Shown here: piece by piece, positions 11,869 to 31,547 of the stretch
How positions within the stretch are numbered: position 1 is the first letter of the stretch
How the letters are laid out: every line of letters starts with the position of its first letter
Assembly (NCBI GenBank): GCA_030704615.1
Contig: CM060734.1
Coordinates: 45,632,001 to 45,696,000 of the forward strand
Source: Takakia lepidozioides
Lineage: Eukaryota > Plantae > Bryophyta
Length of the DNA: 64,000 nt
Direction of reading: 5' to 3'
Notes under the pieces: model-generated
What the model was told of the DNA's origin: nothing
Seen by the model: only the letters and a program-made list of their open reading frames with translations
The model's database searches: none
Made by a program: the position numbers and the translations under genes

Positions 11869-13062
11869 TTGCCATTCTTGTAATCATATGTTGAAAATAC
11901 TGATTAAGGCCCATGGAAACTTCAGAGTTTGTCTAAGTGAAGGAAGTTGGCTGTCTGTCAGGTTAGGAGATAGGATGTAGGAACCTGTGGAGTCATGAGG
12001 CTGGCAATCAATGCCCTTGTGGTTGAGTTTGGCCCGGTTGTGTTGTGTTTTCACTATTTGGTATATTATGAGCCGCAAAGTGGCCTTATTAGTATAAATG
12101 GTGTACTTTTCCTGGTCCCTTGCCCGAGGCAAACATGGTTACAATTGGATAGCCAGCCCCAGGGTTTGAGACGCACGAGGTTATCCCATTGGTCATGTGT
12201 TATGTACAACAAGATAATTTAAGGAGATCCTCCCATTCTCTGTCAAGGTGTTTGCACCTCTCTGTTTTTTTTGTAAACTTTTGTTCACATTTACCAGCAA
12301 GGTACCACTCCTAAATGGATTCAGCCCACTTGATAGTGTGGATTCAGATTGCAACCACGAATAGGAGTGCCCACAGAAGCATAACAGCAAAGAAGTAGGC
12401 CTGACTGTGCTCACGTGCTAGGACAACCACTCACATTCAATACTAGAACCTTGGTAGAGTCTTTTGTCAGTCACATGTGGCATTCACACCTTAAAAGATT
12501 GCAGCTCCTCCTGCCCTGTTTGTCTCTAGTAGAAAGGGTATGGCAAGCAAAGTATGATATGGACATTCTCATCTCCTTGCCCAAATTCCAAGTACTGGTG
12601 GCAAACAATGTCTTTGGGAGTCCCTAGAACAACAGGTACATTGTCACATTTGAAACAGCGGTGCTTGATGACATTGGTAAGATTCGGTTATCATTCTGAC
12701 TACATGAATCAGAATTATGTTAATCAGTTCAAAACTATGTGTCAACTGAGAACAGAGGTTCAAAACTAAGAAGAAATTTGAAATACTCCTCTTCTCCAAT
12801 TCAGTCCAGCTATGGACTAAGGGCAACATGAGTCGACACTATAGGCATTTTGATTTCTATCTACTCCCTTGGGAAATCAAAATCCTTTGCAAAGTGTCAT
12901 GGGCTCAAAGGGTGTAGGCCCTTTGAGGTAACTCTTGTTATAGTTCTCTTAAACTGAGTAAGTCAACATCCTCATTGGATGTGGCAGTCTCTACTCTTTT
13001 CCAGGCAACTTTAAGGTGAGGTATGGGGCTCAAAGGGTCCTGCTGACAATATATACATGTTT

Positions 13063-18828
<5,766 letters not shown>

Positions 18829-20659
18829 TGCTAAGCAAATTTGGCTATGATCAACCAGAGGCTGCTTTTCACCGCAGATCCCACGCACAACCCAGGGACA
18901 CTGGGAAGAGCCTTACCTCCCTGTTCACTCTCCCAAGGGGTGCGCCTGAGATCCCAAGAGCTGCTGCAACCTTTCAGGGGCGCATTGCCTACACCCTTCT
19001 CGCTCCCCTTTTAGGTGTCATTTGACATACACCCATTGGGGTGGGTACAAAGTCTGAAAGGGCGTGAAGAAACCACCCCCCCTCCCACTGACCATCCACA
19101 TTCTGGCCCACTCGACCTGACTGTCACAGTCCTTATCCAGCTAGAGCAGCAGAGAACCTGCAAACAAATCGGAGAAATAAATCGAGACGGAGAGTATCAA
19201 CGATTCCTTCGAGACCCAGAGAGAAAATAATAGGAACCGTTCTCTTCCAACTTGAACACCGTCTAAGCCTTAGACGGTGATCAAGTTGGAAGTGAATGGT
19301 TTCTCTTCTCTAAGGTCAGACGCATTCCAACGCAAACCAAAGAAAGACTGAGGAAGGAGAACGTGAACTCCCATCCAACACGGAAATCCAAAAGAGAAAG
19401 AAAAGAGAGCATGGCCAGCTTGGCAGCGACAAGTAGACCAATTCATCTCTCTACGACCTGGGGTTTTGAGTCTGACATCCACCTAAGTAGAGACATCGTC
19501 TATCCTTTGTCCATAAAAATTGCAAACCCATGTACATTGTGACCCGAAAAATGGTGGGATCAGACTGTCAACAACCTCAAGCGCTTGGCAGTCATTCTTT
19601 TTCGTATGGAAGTTAGAGCTTTGAGGAGTTCTGAACTCAAAGTTAGAAACATTCTCTAACAATTGTGGCCCAACAAAGCTGTTGCCACTGTAAGTATACA
19701 GTCAGCTGTTATTAACATTTGTAAAAATACACAGTCAGCTTCCATACAGTGAACTACACCTATCATGCCTCTGTCAAGCCCACGTCTTATTGGGCAGGTA
19801 TGTCTTGTCGTCCGGAGGCTAGTGTGATCATCCAAAGATGGCATCCTTCTGACAATAATGATGGCTCACCAGCTGGAGAATTGGGTGGTGGTTTCAAAGG
19901 TTGGATGAGTGTAGGCCTCTCAGCTGCTGCAATGGGTGCACATGATGTACTGTATTTCATTTCTTCTGTAAACATGGGGCGTATTACTTTTATTTTGAGG
20001 GGCGTATTACAAGCCCACACACTGGGTGACGGCACACTACTATACATACATGTTCTCTCGTCTCGGATGCAAACTCAAATTTGCTACATAGTGGTAGGTG
20101 GGATGTGCCCATCTTCACTTACAATCTCAGCAGCTTCCCATCACCTTGCAGTACAGTTACTTGCACTTGCTTGAATTTAGACCACTAATGTCACGTCCTG
20201 CAGACACCGAATTATACGGGGCTATGGCTCCAGAAAGTTGCAGGCCAGGACGGCGGTGAACGCACCGACCATGTTGTCCTAGCATGGATTTGATGGCCTT
20301 CATCGGCGTTAGGTACATGCCAAAGCCTTCCTTACAACTCCGAGTGCTCTTCCCTCATTAAATCTAGCTCCATGAGTGGTATTATCTTCCCCAGCAGCTC
20401 CCTAAGTGATTCTGTCCCACTGTTATCTAGGATGCTACATAGTTCGAGATTGTAGTTTTTATCTCGAACAAGCGCCATTTAGTGTCAAGCATGCTTTAGT
20501 TTCCGTAAAACACTGGCAAAATTTTTTCTTTATAATTCAAGCAACCTCCCTGGCCGCAAGGTTCCCCCGATTTACGGGAAGTACCTTCCGCGTTTGGAAG
20601 GGTCCCCCGATTGGCGGGGCAAGGAGCGGGAAAGAAAAATTTCCCAGTTTTTCACGTTG

Positions 20660-20763
20660 GGGAAGGGTCGTTCCCAAGGCCCTTCCTGAATTTGAGAGCA
20701 CCGGCAACGAGGGCGTTCCGGGTGCTCTCAAATTCAGGAAGGGCCTTGGGAACGACCCTTCCC
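20660..20763. repeat. Perfect 43-bp-arm inverted repeat with 18-nt spacer
   Basis: 20660-20702 is the exact reverse complement of 20721-20763. Confidence 0.95.
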
Positions 20764-21474
20764 TAATACATAACTTGATAAAATTGCACATACGACTTCA
20801 GATTTTTCTCTCCTGTAGTGTCCAGAAAACACCCTGGGCACTGAGTTTGTCCTGATGCAAAATTCTGGAATTCAACTCCATCGATCTGAACGTGCTCATG
20901 TGACCTCACAACCCTTTTCTAGATCTCAAGCCCTGCTCTATTTTCGTATGCATCTGAACAAACTCTTGTTCAAATTTGAAATCGATAATTTTCCTAGCCG
21001 CTGTTGATCAGCTCTGAAGAGCAGCCTGCCAGAAACAGTAATTGTGGTGAGAGTCACAATCATCTCAACCTCATCTCTAAATCATGTACAGCAAAGTAGC
21101 CGAGATTTGCATTTACCACCTGCCACTTTCAGAAAACTAACATATCCTCTGCAGCCTTTTAATCTGATCAGCAAACAGCGACCTATACAATTTGTTGAAG
21201 TTCGAACGACAACAGAACAAAAACAGATCTAAACAAACCTTCTGATCAGGGTTCCACGAGCGCATCATCAGGATTCAGCATCAGATTCAAGGGCTCCCTT
21301 GTTTTTCATGATCGCTCTGAGCTTTTCGTACAGAGCTGCACAACGAGTTTGCAAGGCCCGGCTGACCAGCCGCGGGTCCGGGATTTACCCCCCACGGACA
21401 CTGCGCAGGAACCGCAGTGGCCCGCACGGGCGAGATTCAGCCGCGCGGTCAGCTGTCGCGGTAACATGAGCGGA

Positions 21475-21484
21475 CTATATATAT
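21475..21484 (+). promoter_or_regulatory. TATA box of the LTP gene
   Basis: CTATATATAT about 140 bp upstream of the ATG, followed by a CT-rich leader. Confidence 0.6.
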
Positions 21485-21617
21485 TAGCAAGGTTGCAGCG
21501 CTCCTCTCACAGCCGCCACCTCTCTCTCTCTCTCTCTCTCGCTCTCTCTCGTCGCTCTGCCAGCTCGAGCTGATCTGTCATAGACTCGACTCTCTTGTAG
21601 TGTTTGAAGCAGCAAGC

Positions 21618-22287
21618 ATGAAGCTCATTGTGGGTGCCAATGTGTGCCTTGCCCTGCTTGTGGGCTTTGCTGTGGTGTACGAGGTGAACGCGGCATGTGG
21701 CGACGTCATGACGCTCATGCCTTGCCTGCCGGCAGCAAAAACTGGATCTGATCCCACTACACAGTGCTGCACCTCCATCAGCAACTTTGCTTCTGGCCCC
21801 GATGGCGAGAGCTGCCTCTGCACCGCTGTCAGCAACCCCCTGGCAGCGTCTCAAGGCGCGCAGAAGCAGTTCGCCATACTGATTCCCCAGAAGTGCGGCC
21901 TCGACTACAAGGAGGGTTACGTTTGCAATGGTGTGTGTTTCTTTTCGTCTGTGTATCATTGGTTTCACTCGGTTTGTAGGGTGCGGACGTTGGATGGGTT
22001 TGTTTGGAAAACTCTAGCCCTCGTTTCAGCTGTCGAGATCTGTTTCTCTCTAGTCTCTTCCCCGTCTCCAGCAATCGGAGTCCCTCGCTATGCTAAAGAA
22101 TCTGTAATTAATATACTACACGGACCTCCAACAGTGACCTCGACGAAGAATCCATTTCTAACCAACTAATGGCTCAGAGCAAATACTAGAATTGTTCGTG
22201 AATTTTCGTGAATTTCCTGAGCTAGATGGAATGTGTGGGCCGCGCAATTTTCTTTCAGGTGATGTTGTTCCTGGAGGTCACCCCTGA
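21618..22287 (+). CDS. Non-specific lipid transfer protein, type D-like; exons 21618-21930, 22259-22287
   Basis: Signal peptide, 8-Cys motif C-C-CC-CLC-C-C, intron 4 nt after the last Cys codon, and a short tail GDVVPGGHP* with no GPI tail. Confidence 0.92.
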
Positions 22288-23934
22288 AGCGCTGAATAGA
22301 GCCACATCTCGGCCGCATCGGACTTTGTCAATAACAACCAGTGAGTACGTCAAGCTCTTCAACGTGGTGATGTCAACATGGGTGCACATGCGAGTTGTAG
22401 GCAAGCTCGAAACGCTAGGGAGGCTACATGCTACTAAATAAGAGGCTTAGTGCCCGCCATTGGGTCGAAACGGGTCGAGGATTAAACTGTTATAGTTATC
22501 GACCGGCTGTGTTTGACGTAGGCCAGAGAAAATCTCTTTACGTTGATGCCATTGGATATCGAAATATGCCCTCTTTAGCCAATCGTCCTCGGCGCTCTAA
22601 GATCAACTGGCTTAGCATCGAATTTCAGTAAGGCTTAACATTTGCAGTTTGACGAGCTCATGCTTGGACTGCGACTAGCTAGTTCTCAACTTGATAGAAC
22701 TAAGTTTTTCAAAGTTATTTTGTGGAATTGTTGAAGTCGACCGTACTAGCTACGGTATGTGGCAACAACTAACCAGACTTTGAGTTTCTTGGTAACACCA
22801 AGTTACATATGCGATTGAACACTATGGTGCTCATAGGAAAGAGACGCTGTTAAGTACTGTAATTATGTGCATCAGATACCATGGCTGCTAATGATATAAA
22901 GTCTATTAAATACGTGTGCACTTCATTTGAATTGAGTAGGAAAGGAAACCTCGACCGAACTTCTCCAGCCCGCCCCCCTGGCTTAACAGGATACACATAA
23001 TTTACCCTGGCAATCAGTGGCAATCTTAAAACTTAGGTGATCTGGCCTTGGTATAAACTGGAATGCAGTCGCCAATCTTGAAAAGCTTTCTATCAGTTAT
23101 TGGGCACCTGAGATGTTTCGTGCCTATGAGCTGTAATACTTGCTTCCATGCACCCAAGTTGCAAAGTATATCGAGAATCTCTAAGTTATATATGTTGCTG
23201 CATGGCTCCAGTAAGCCAGTATTTACAGATTTCAGCACTTTTCAGTTCACATCACGCCACCTAGACACGACCTATGGCCTGGGCCATCTATATCACGGTG
23301 AGCATCAATAATAACGTTATTGATGTTCAGAAGTCACTATCAGCAATTAGGCATGTCCTCTGTGAATGAGTATATTCACAGGAACTTACAGTACTACCAC
23401 TAATTTGCAGTTGGCCTCATGTCTCCTATCACAATGTATACGGTACCTACTATCATGAAAACTGTTCAGATATAAACTAGCCCCTGGCCGGCCTTTGACA
23501 CTACCTACTTATGTGGAAAGCTAATTTGAAACTCGGATCTTTGTCTCATCTTTGTGCCCATTCCATTTTTTCAACCCATAGACCTGTCACATATTGAGAC
23601 GCAGTTTGCCACTTAGCTCTGCAATGAAGCATTGCGGTTTGTTATGAACCTGCTCTAGTATCTATGCCCACTCACTCACTCTTCACCTGTGGGGTCTCCG
23701 GCTATGTCTTCCAACCCTCACCTTGGAGTTTCCTACATTAAGTGTTATAAAGTGATGAGGCCTTGCGCAACCAATGTCACCACCGAAAAAAAAAAATTCA
23801 GCTAGACCCAAATATACAAGCATTTGTTTTTCATTTTGTTTTACAAGCATCATTGCCACCTATCACCACACGCATGGTTGAATAAATATATCCTGGAGCA
23901 CCAATCCTCCAACCACCAATCCTCCAACCAACTG

Positions 23935-24245
23935 CCGGGAAATAATTTGAGTTGAACCAGCCGGTGGCCCTCATTCCCAGCACCAACCTGCTAAGTGGCT
24001 TGGGGAGTGGGTTCCTTCCCTTTAGTGGTAACTACAAACCAGTCAATTTCCTAGGTACATTTATCACAATTGGTAAATTTTCCTAATGATTTTCTTTTTG
24101 TTCTGCTATAAATCCGGCCATTACAAATATCACCCCGTTCATTTCCTACAAAGGAAAGTTAAAATCGGTTTCATGCAAATGCGACACAAGTGTCAAATGC
24201 ACAAAAATATGTAACTCAAACAGGTGAGAACTTTGTATCCTTGGC
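23935..24245. repeat. Dispersed repeat shared with 61044-61350 (probable transposon terminal region)
   Basis: Both copies start at CCGGGAAATAATTT.AGTTGAACCAGCC and align by eye over about 250-300 bp. Confidence 0.75.
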
Positions 24246-24249
24246 AGGA

Positions 24250-25500
24250 GTTAAAGTTTTCATTGGACGCTAATGATTCAACTTCTCTAAAATGCAAGGA
24301 CCTCAACCAAAATGTTGATACCCTTGAATTAATTTAGAAGGGTTACCTATCTAAACAACCACGATGTGTGCAAACAAACATAAGTCAAAATTGCAAATCA
24401 TCACAGGTACTTTTTGCATTTGATGGCCCACCTTATCGTAGTTTGGCTAGATACAACTCTCGATGAGAAAACAAATATCTGAAATTGTGGAGTTCTTCCA
24501 CAAAGATATGGCCTCAAGACAAATAGGTTCATAACCCTGCAGAGCGGATCTAAACAACACGAAGCACACTTTCCAAATTTTTTGTCATCAACTTGTTTTG
24601 AAATTTACTTTTGATTGGGTTTTAAATTGAGAATATGTCTCTCTCACATGCGCCGCTGCTTACACATTGAACTCGAGGAATGTCAAAAAGCCCAAGTAGG
24701 TTTCATACTTCATCGTAAAATAATGATTCCAAGTCATCATACCCAAACATCCTTGAAAGCTTTCTCCATCCACTCGGTACCTTGTAGTTTGAAAGCAAAG
24801 CTGAACTCCCGTTCCACTGCTGCTGTGTTGATAAGGGCATGCAACGTCCTTCCTCCCATCTGCCTCTCCACACCATAGTGCACACATAACACTTTCAACT
24901 CTACCACATCCTAACACACCCTAACCTGCTAACCCCACTTGCTTAGATGGTAAGTTACATAGACTCAAGATTTTGAATGCACTTAGTACACCTTCCATTG
25001 TCCTCAAATCTAGAATCCAAAGCATTGCAAACATCCTCTGCATTAAGCTTTTGGAAGGTTAGTGCTACCTCCAAATTAGCAGCCTCTGTCTTATCTCGTG
25101 TCATCTGTATACAATGAAATTTGGATCCCCTAATCTCATAGGCTAGCCGCCTCAAATACCCATTAGGCGGACAAACTCTGGAATGATATCATAACTCGTT
25201 TTCTCCTTGAAGGTGGATCGGTTCAAATTTGTGCTATCCTGAATGAAAAGCATGTGAATCTGTGCAATCTCTGTTTTAACCATGGATCAACTGTTAGTTA
25301 ATCCACAAACTTCCATTGGAGTACACGTGAGAGCAGAGATGGACTAGGTAAAATGTCAGCCAAAAAATACAAACACGAATCATTTTGAATGACCTTAGCT
25401 TGGTATATAAAAGAGGGATTAATCCATCATCTTTGGCCGTCAATGCATCTCTCAAATATATGAGAGTATGTGAAAACACTCTCAAGACTATCACAAAGAG
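24250..25500 (-). pseudogene. Possible highly decayed PIF1-family helicase (transposon-derived)
   Basis: Weak minus-strand echoes of helicase motifs (GDFxQLxP-like near 25350, EFVRLMG..R near 25160, GHQMQKV..FAH near 24400). Many stops. Confidence 0.3.
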
Positions 25501-27557
25501 ATGTCATAGCCTGCCACTTAAATAACTAACGAATCTTGTGACACCCTCGCTGGCAAATAACAAGGATAAGCGGAGCATATTTTTGGCGTTTTTCGAGGAT
25601 AGAGGTGTACGGGAAGCGGTCGTGGCAGTACGTAAATTCGATGAAGTGTATGATTAGTGGTGGGGTAGGAGTAGAGGATTGAAGGGCGTTGGTGGGAAGT
25701 CCCTAAACTAAGAGGATGTCCGGGCAGAGCCTAGCGGGACATGTGCACGTAGCATGGGGTTGGCAAATACAAGGTAATAGCCAAGATGGTACTGTATGGT
25801 CTAGGGGTCTACCTTGGTAAGTGTCAGCATTGATGAGTGAGAACCATCTGATTTCTTTATGTCGTTGTAATAGTTTGTGGATGTGCTATACAACTTGATT
25901 GTGCCTGGCGATACGAAGGCCATGCAAGACTGGGTGGGGGCATTTACTGTTGGCCAAGTGTCAGGTACTGCATGTATATGGGAGCAGAAGAGGCAGTGTG
26001 GGGATGTAAAAGTGGTTGGCCCATGATAGATGTATATTCGACATTTCAGTGATTGATCATCTTGTTAGTAAATTTGATTTTATATTGAAGATGAATTGCC
26101 AAAAACTGTTTTTTGAGATTATTTCACATTGTCAATGCAAGAATGATTCCGTAATAATACATAAGTGTTTTATTAACTAGTTTGAAGGAGTAGGGTTTGG
26201 GTCTTGACAAGTTTTAGGATTTGGTCTGGATGAGGCAACAACTCTGGTGGGGTCTCAATCCGGTGTTGTTGCTCATCTTAAGCAAAAGGTAAACCCCTTC
26301 ATGCAGCTAATCATCCATTACGTAGCACATAGGACCAACTTGGCAGCATGAGAAGTTGCCAAGACATTGCCATGGATGTTATTCGAATAACGTTGACATA
26401 CTTTTTCATTGCAAGCTTTGCAGATCGAACTTAATGATGCTCAGAAATGCCTCGCAAAGACTGTTCTCCCACCTTTCGTTCTACAAACTTTACAAAAAAC
26501 TCTATGTAGGTCATGGTTAAACTCAATTCATTCAAACTGAGTGTACCAAACATCTTTCCATGCATGCTTTTGGGCTGCCTCTACACTACTAGAAATTGGC
26601 TTGTCTCTGCCATTTGAAGATGAGGCAGATGGGACAGTAGAAGGAGACTCCTCATCACAAATTACCATTAATTATATAAGCAATGATGTTGAGGTTTGCA
26701 CTTGCACCAACTAACGTCTAAGTTATGACGATAGCCCAGCCTCGAGCCACGGAGCTATGAATATAGCTCTCAACACAAATTCAATGGTTGTAAAAACTGC
26801 AGAAGCCTTGGTGGGATGAAGTTATCAAAAACAACTAACATGGAATTGGCTAAAGATGTACTTGGGGATAGAATATTATATTATACCATTGTAAGAGAGA
26901 CTTTGAGGGATTTTTGAAAGCCTAAACACTTTTTCAAAATCATAATGAAATTAATTGTCATTCCCCAAGCACAACAGAGAGAATGTGAACTTTTGCCCAA
27001 TGGGCTATTAACTTCCAATGACTATTAATATTTATTGGGGTAAGTAGATGGAAGGATGGAGGAATTGAATTATTTTTATATTTGATTAAAGATATGATGA
27101 TAATTATATAATGATATAATAAAACATCTTTGCTATATATAATAGATTTAGTCATTTTAGACCGACCTAAATTGATGATATGCTTGATGCATGTATGATA
27201 ACAATAATAAATACATAATTAAAAATAATTAAAAATATACATATAAAGAATTTCGGATGTACTCAAGGTTTATTAATCCCGTCATTGTTATCATATGCAG
27301 AGCTATTTTCAGTGGCATCGCTAGTATCACACTCAACCACAAAGATTCATGTGAAATATAAATACAACTTACGAAGGATGATAATCTCTACCTGAGTCTT
27401 TCTATCGTTCATATTGGAAGTACCAATTGCATTTGGCCACGATACAGAAATACTATCTATCGGAATATCATCTTCATCATCTTCACATTTTTCATGGACT
27501 GTTGCAATTTTGTTGATAGGCCTTTGGTGCTATAATTTAATACCAAAAGATCCGTAC

Positions 27558-28398
27558 TAGTGTTGGGCAGTTCTTGCATTTGTGAAGGAACCTTCGGTTC
27601 CGGTTCCACGATTATTTCAAGAGACGGTTCCGGATCCGGTTCCGTTTTTTATTTATTGAGCCGGTTCCGGTCCGGTTCCAGATCCAACTTTTAAACATGG
27701 GGGCGGTTCCGGTTACCGGTTTGTTGCTGATAAAAACCATCGGTTCCGGTTCTATTTAAAAAATATATTTGTTTAATTTAATTAGATTTAAAATATTTTA
27801 TCAGTCCGGTAGATTAAATAGCAGTGTATTCACATATTTGAACTAAAATCCAACGATTTTGTTAGTTTTCACTAATACAAAAAAACAAAAAAAAAAACTC
27901 TAAATAAACTGGTAGAAGAAAATGGGTAAAATTTTATGGGTTGAAAGTACTATTCAGCTACCTGGCAAGTATTGGCATCATCAAACATTTTATTAATGAA
28001 CTTAGCCAGGATATCATGGAGCTGGAGATTAAACCCAAGATCTCATGGCGCTGAAGCATTGAGCATAGAATCTCATGGCCTTCAAGCATTGAACCCAGGG
28101 AGCTTGAGAGCATTAAAGAAGTTTTGCCCTAGGCCCAGTATTATCTCTAGTATTGTGCCATGTTATGCCAAGGCCCACCAAGGGTTCAAAAACCGGAACC
28201 TGTTTTTATCCTTGTGCGCCCCGGTTCTCCGGTTCTCACACCCAGTAGTAACTGCCGGTTCGGGTCTGCACCGATCCCATTAGGTTCGGGTTCCGGCTCA
28301 GGTTCTGTAGGAATGGGCCCAGTTCCGATCTGGTTCCGGGTAACCTGAACCTGAACCGGCGGTTAACCTAGGTCCCAGCGGGTAACCGCCCAACACTA
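27558..28398. mobile_element. Non-autonomous hAT-superfamily element (841 bp)
   Basis: 15-bp TIR TAGTGTTGGGC(A/G)GTT (14/15), 8-bp TSD ATCCGTAC at 27550-27557 and 28399-28406, many subterminal CCGGTT motifs, no transposase. Confidence 0.93.
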
Positions 28399-29014
28399 AT
28401 CCGTACGTTGTCATCATGAGCTCGTCTATTCATGTTCGTCATATTTCTCACCAAAAATAGAACTCAAAGTTGTACCTGATCTTCTTCAACATATACCCCA
28501 GCAAAATGTCTAATTTTCACATCTTTTATTGAATCAAATTCTGGAAATAGATTCATTCAAATTTATTTTAAAGGATTTTATTTTCAAAATTTGGGTCGTA
28601 GATGAAACATAGTTATGTGATCTTCTCTAGGTTAATCACGTCTTAAAAAATATTGATGAGATTCACATAGGATATAAATAAATAAAATGTAGTCATCTTT
28701 TCATATCGGTGTTTGATCCATCGATCTCATTTGGGTTCACTTGTTCGTTATTAAGCCAAAACAACGTCATTTGGATGATCTTCCATAGGAAAATGTTACT
28801 TGGAGTTGCTCCACTTGTCGTTAATTCAAGGGACCTGCCAAAAGAGTTCACGTTGGATTTATCATATCATATGTTTACCTTATGCTTTTGCATGAATGAT
28901 CGTTCTTAAAGTTTTTTACATAAAATAAAAAAGAACATTGTTCTTACTAGACTCAGTCGTCGCTAGTAGTGCGGAGAAACGCGTAACCCTACATATGAAC
29001 CAAGATAATCAAGT

Positions 29015-29072
29015 TGTAGCCGAGTGGTAATGGGCACATATCACCTCGGAAGTATTGTGGGTTCAATCCAAT
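29015..29072 (+). repeat. tRNA-derived SINE head relic
   Basis: TGTAGCCGAGTGGTAATGGGCA...TTGTGGGTTCAATCCA resembles 506-555. Confidence 0.55.
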
Positions 29073-29424
29073 GTTGGCCGGGTACCATGTTTTGAGCCCT
29101 CTTCCGGTCCTGGTTATGGCCTACTCCTTGAAAAAAATGGATGGCCGGGGCAGGGTATATCAATAGGTTTGAAAAACATCTCTGTTACAGGTTCTCATTA
29201 AACACATGAATTTTTTCTTCCGGTTCTCAATCTACCGGTTATGCCATCTTAAAAATTGCCGGGTTATGGGATTCATCCATTTCTACATTTTTACTTTCTC
29301 TAGCATTTTCGTGTATGTGTGAAAAAGTACACAAGGAGGGCTACGACCTCGTGGTAAGCCACTCGTGGATTGGCATGTGGGTCTCAGGTTTAAACGTTCA
29401 ACCCCTATCATCTATCTCTCTGCC

Positions 29425-29452
29425 TTTAGGGTTTAGGGTTTAGGGTTTAGGG
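29425..29452 (+). repeat. Interstitial telomere-type repeat (TTTAGGG)4
   Basis: Four perfect units plus one degenerate unit. Confidence 0.9.
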
Positions 29453-31099
29453 TTCAGGCTATGCCCTTGTAATACACTAAGTTTATAACTATTGTTTAGC
29501 CAAATGCCCAACTAATTAATTTCCTATTTACTTGGACATCCTCAATGTTGTGCACCTAATCTCCCCAACCATTGTAAACGTATAGTTACTAGTAAGACAT
29601 AACCAGGATCTGTCCATCTGCAATAATCTTAACTACCATCACCCTACCATCACCAACCCCTATACCTATATTATCTAGAACCGCCTGTACGCCATCCCCA
29701 TTTGCTCCGGATCCTGCTCCGGGTATAACACCCTTACAATCACAATGCGGATTCTCTAGCCGGTTAGGAAGTTGGATGGCTTTAGCCGGTTCCCTTCCAT
29801 AGCCGGTTCCTCCGGGGGCTACACTTTCCGGGTATGCATATGTGCATAACCGGCAAATAACCATGGGGTATGCATGTCCAAATGCCATACCAACAGTGGT
29901 TCATTCCATCCATTGGTGTCACAAAGGTGTCTGCCCACCTTCCTAGCAGAAGACAATAGTCCTTTTCGGTCAAGAGACACCACAATTAATGCTTCCTTCA
30001 GGATAATCATATAGTATTTATTATTTATTTATTATTATTAAAATTATTATGAACCAAGAGCACGAGGCCCGCCGGGGATCACCCCAGACCTCAGGCTCCT
30101 GCCTTGGGGGTGCTCTTGGGTTCGAAGTTCGAACTCAGTGGAAGGTCTTACCCTAGCCTACACATCAAATATTCAAATAGAACATTCTAGAGTCAACGGT
30201 TTCTGTATGTCATTAGTCTATACTCAGACTCTCTCTGACGACCGAAGGTTCGAATCTGCACGCACCTATGTTTGAACGTCAACATAGGTCTATTGTTATT
30301 TTGTAGTCATCCAAGGAATTACCTGCCTGTCGGTCATTACCATCATTATGGTCGTAGGGGTGTGCTGGATGTGATCAGCCACGTGGATGAACATTCGTCC
30401 ATGTGACCTGAGGTGGCGTGGCGCACGGTTGGGTTCACCGTCGGTTGAGTCGGGCTGGTCAATGCTGGAAAGTGTGCGTGAGTGTCCACAGTCTCACGAC
30501 TTCGGTGCGTGGATTGAGGATGCCGAGTCCTTGCTGATCGGCCATGGAAGCTGTGATCCAAGCTTGAACTGCCAAGGAGGAGCCAAGGAGAGCTGTGAGT
30601 GAAGGATTTCCTTAATGGGTCTGAGGGGGTAGACGGGGCGCCTGGAAGTTGTGTGCTTTGTCTCACCTTCAGTGGTTTTGTCTGTACAGGTCGTTGGTAA
30701 TTTGAGATGGAAACAGGAAGTCTGAGAAAGCTGACAGTGGGGGACTTTGCAGAGTGAGAAAGAGTGGGGTATGGAGGGGGAAGTAGAGAAATTTTTTACC
30801 AGCTTCCTTCTGATGTACAGAAGGCGAGGCGATGAAGGAACCTGACTGTTAACGGTCACACATGTTCTCAGGCAGATCAAAGGTTGTTCTTTGTTGAGGT
30901 GAAGGATGTATACTTGTCAACGGCACCAAAGTGAATCGAAATTCTGTCGGGCGGGTGGTACGGATGGTTATTATGATTACTGAGGGCAAAGCATGAGAAT
31001 CCCTGTGACAGGTTACTATCTTTCTGCTTCTACAAATGCAGCCTGAAGTTCCATCATTTGGCATCAATAATTTCGGGCTAAAGTACCATCTATGCGTCA

Positions 31100-31133
<34 letters not shown>

Positions 31134-31547
31134 TGGTATTGCGATACTTTCATTTTTCTCAATGAAGTTTCAGACTTTGCTCAACAAGTGGCTGGTCCAG
31201 CTCCCGTACCATGGCCATCCGTGCGCACTATGCGGCCAAAACCCTGGTAAAATATCAGTTTGGTAATCCAAGGTCAGGGCAGTAACCACAGGGGGATATG
31301 TAGGAATTTTGTTTAGTTGCAGGGCGCTGCTAGGAGGAGGGTGGCTGTTTTCAACCAGTCAGTTTGAACATATGAGCAATTCGGCAGCTACTTCCGTTTT
31401 CGGGTTCTGTACTACCAAGATCAGCGGAATTGCAAGTAGAGGAGTTGCTACAATTGTGGTCTGGCTCGCCATGTCACACTGGTGTCCTAGTGGACAGGTT
31501 TTAAGTGAAGACTGACGAAGGTGTTTTGGGAAGGAAAACTGGTCAAC

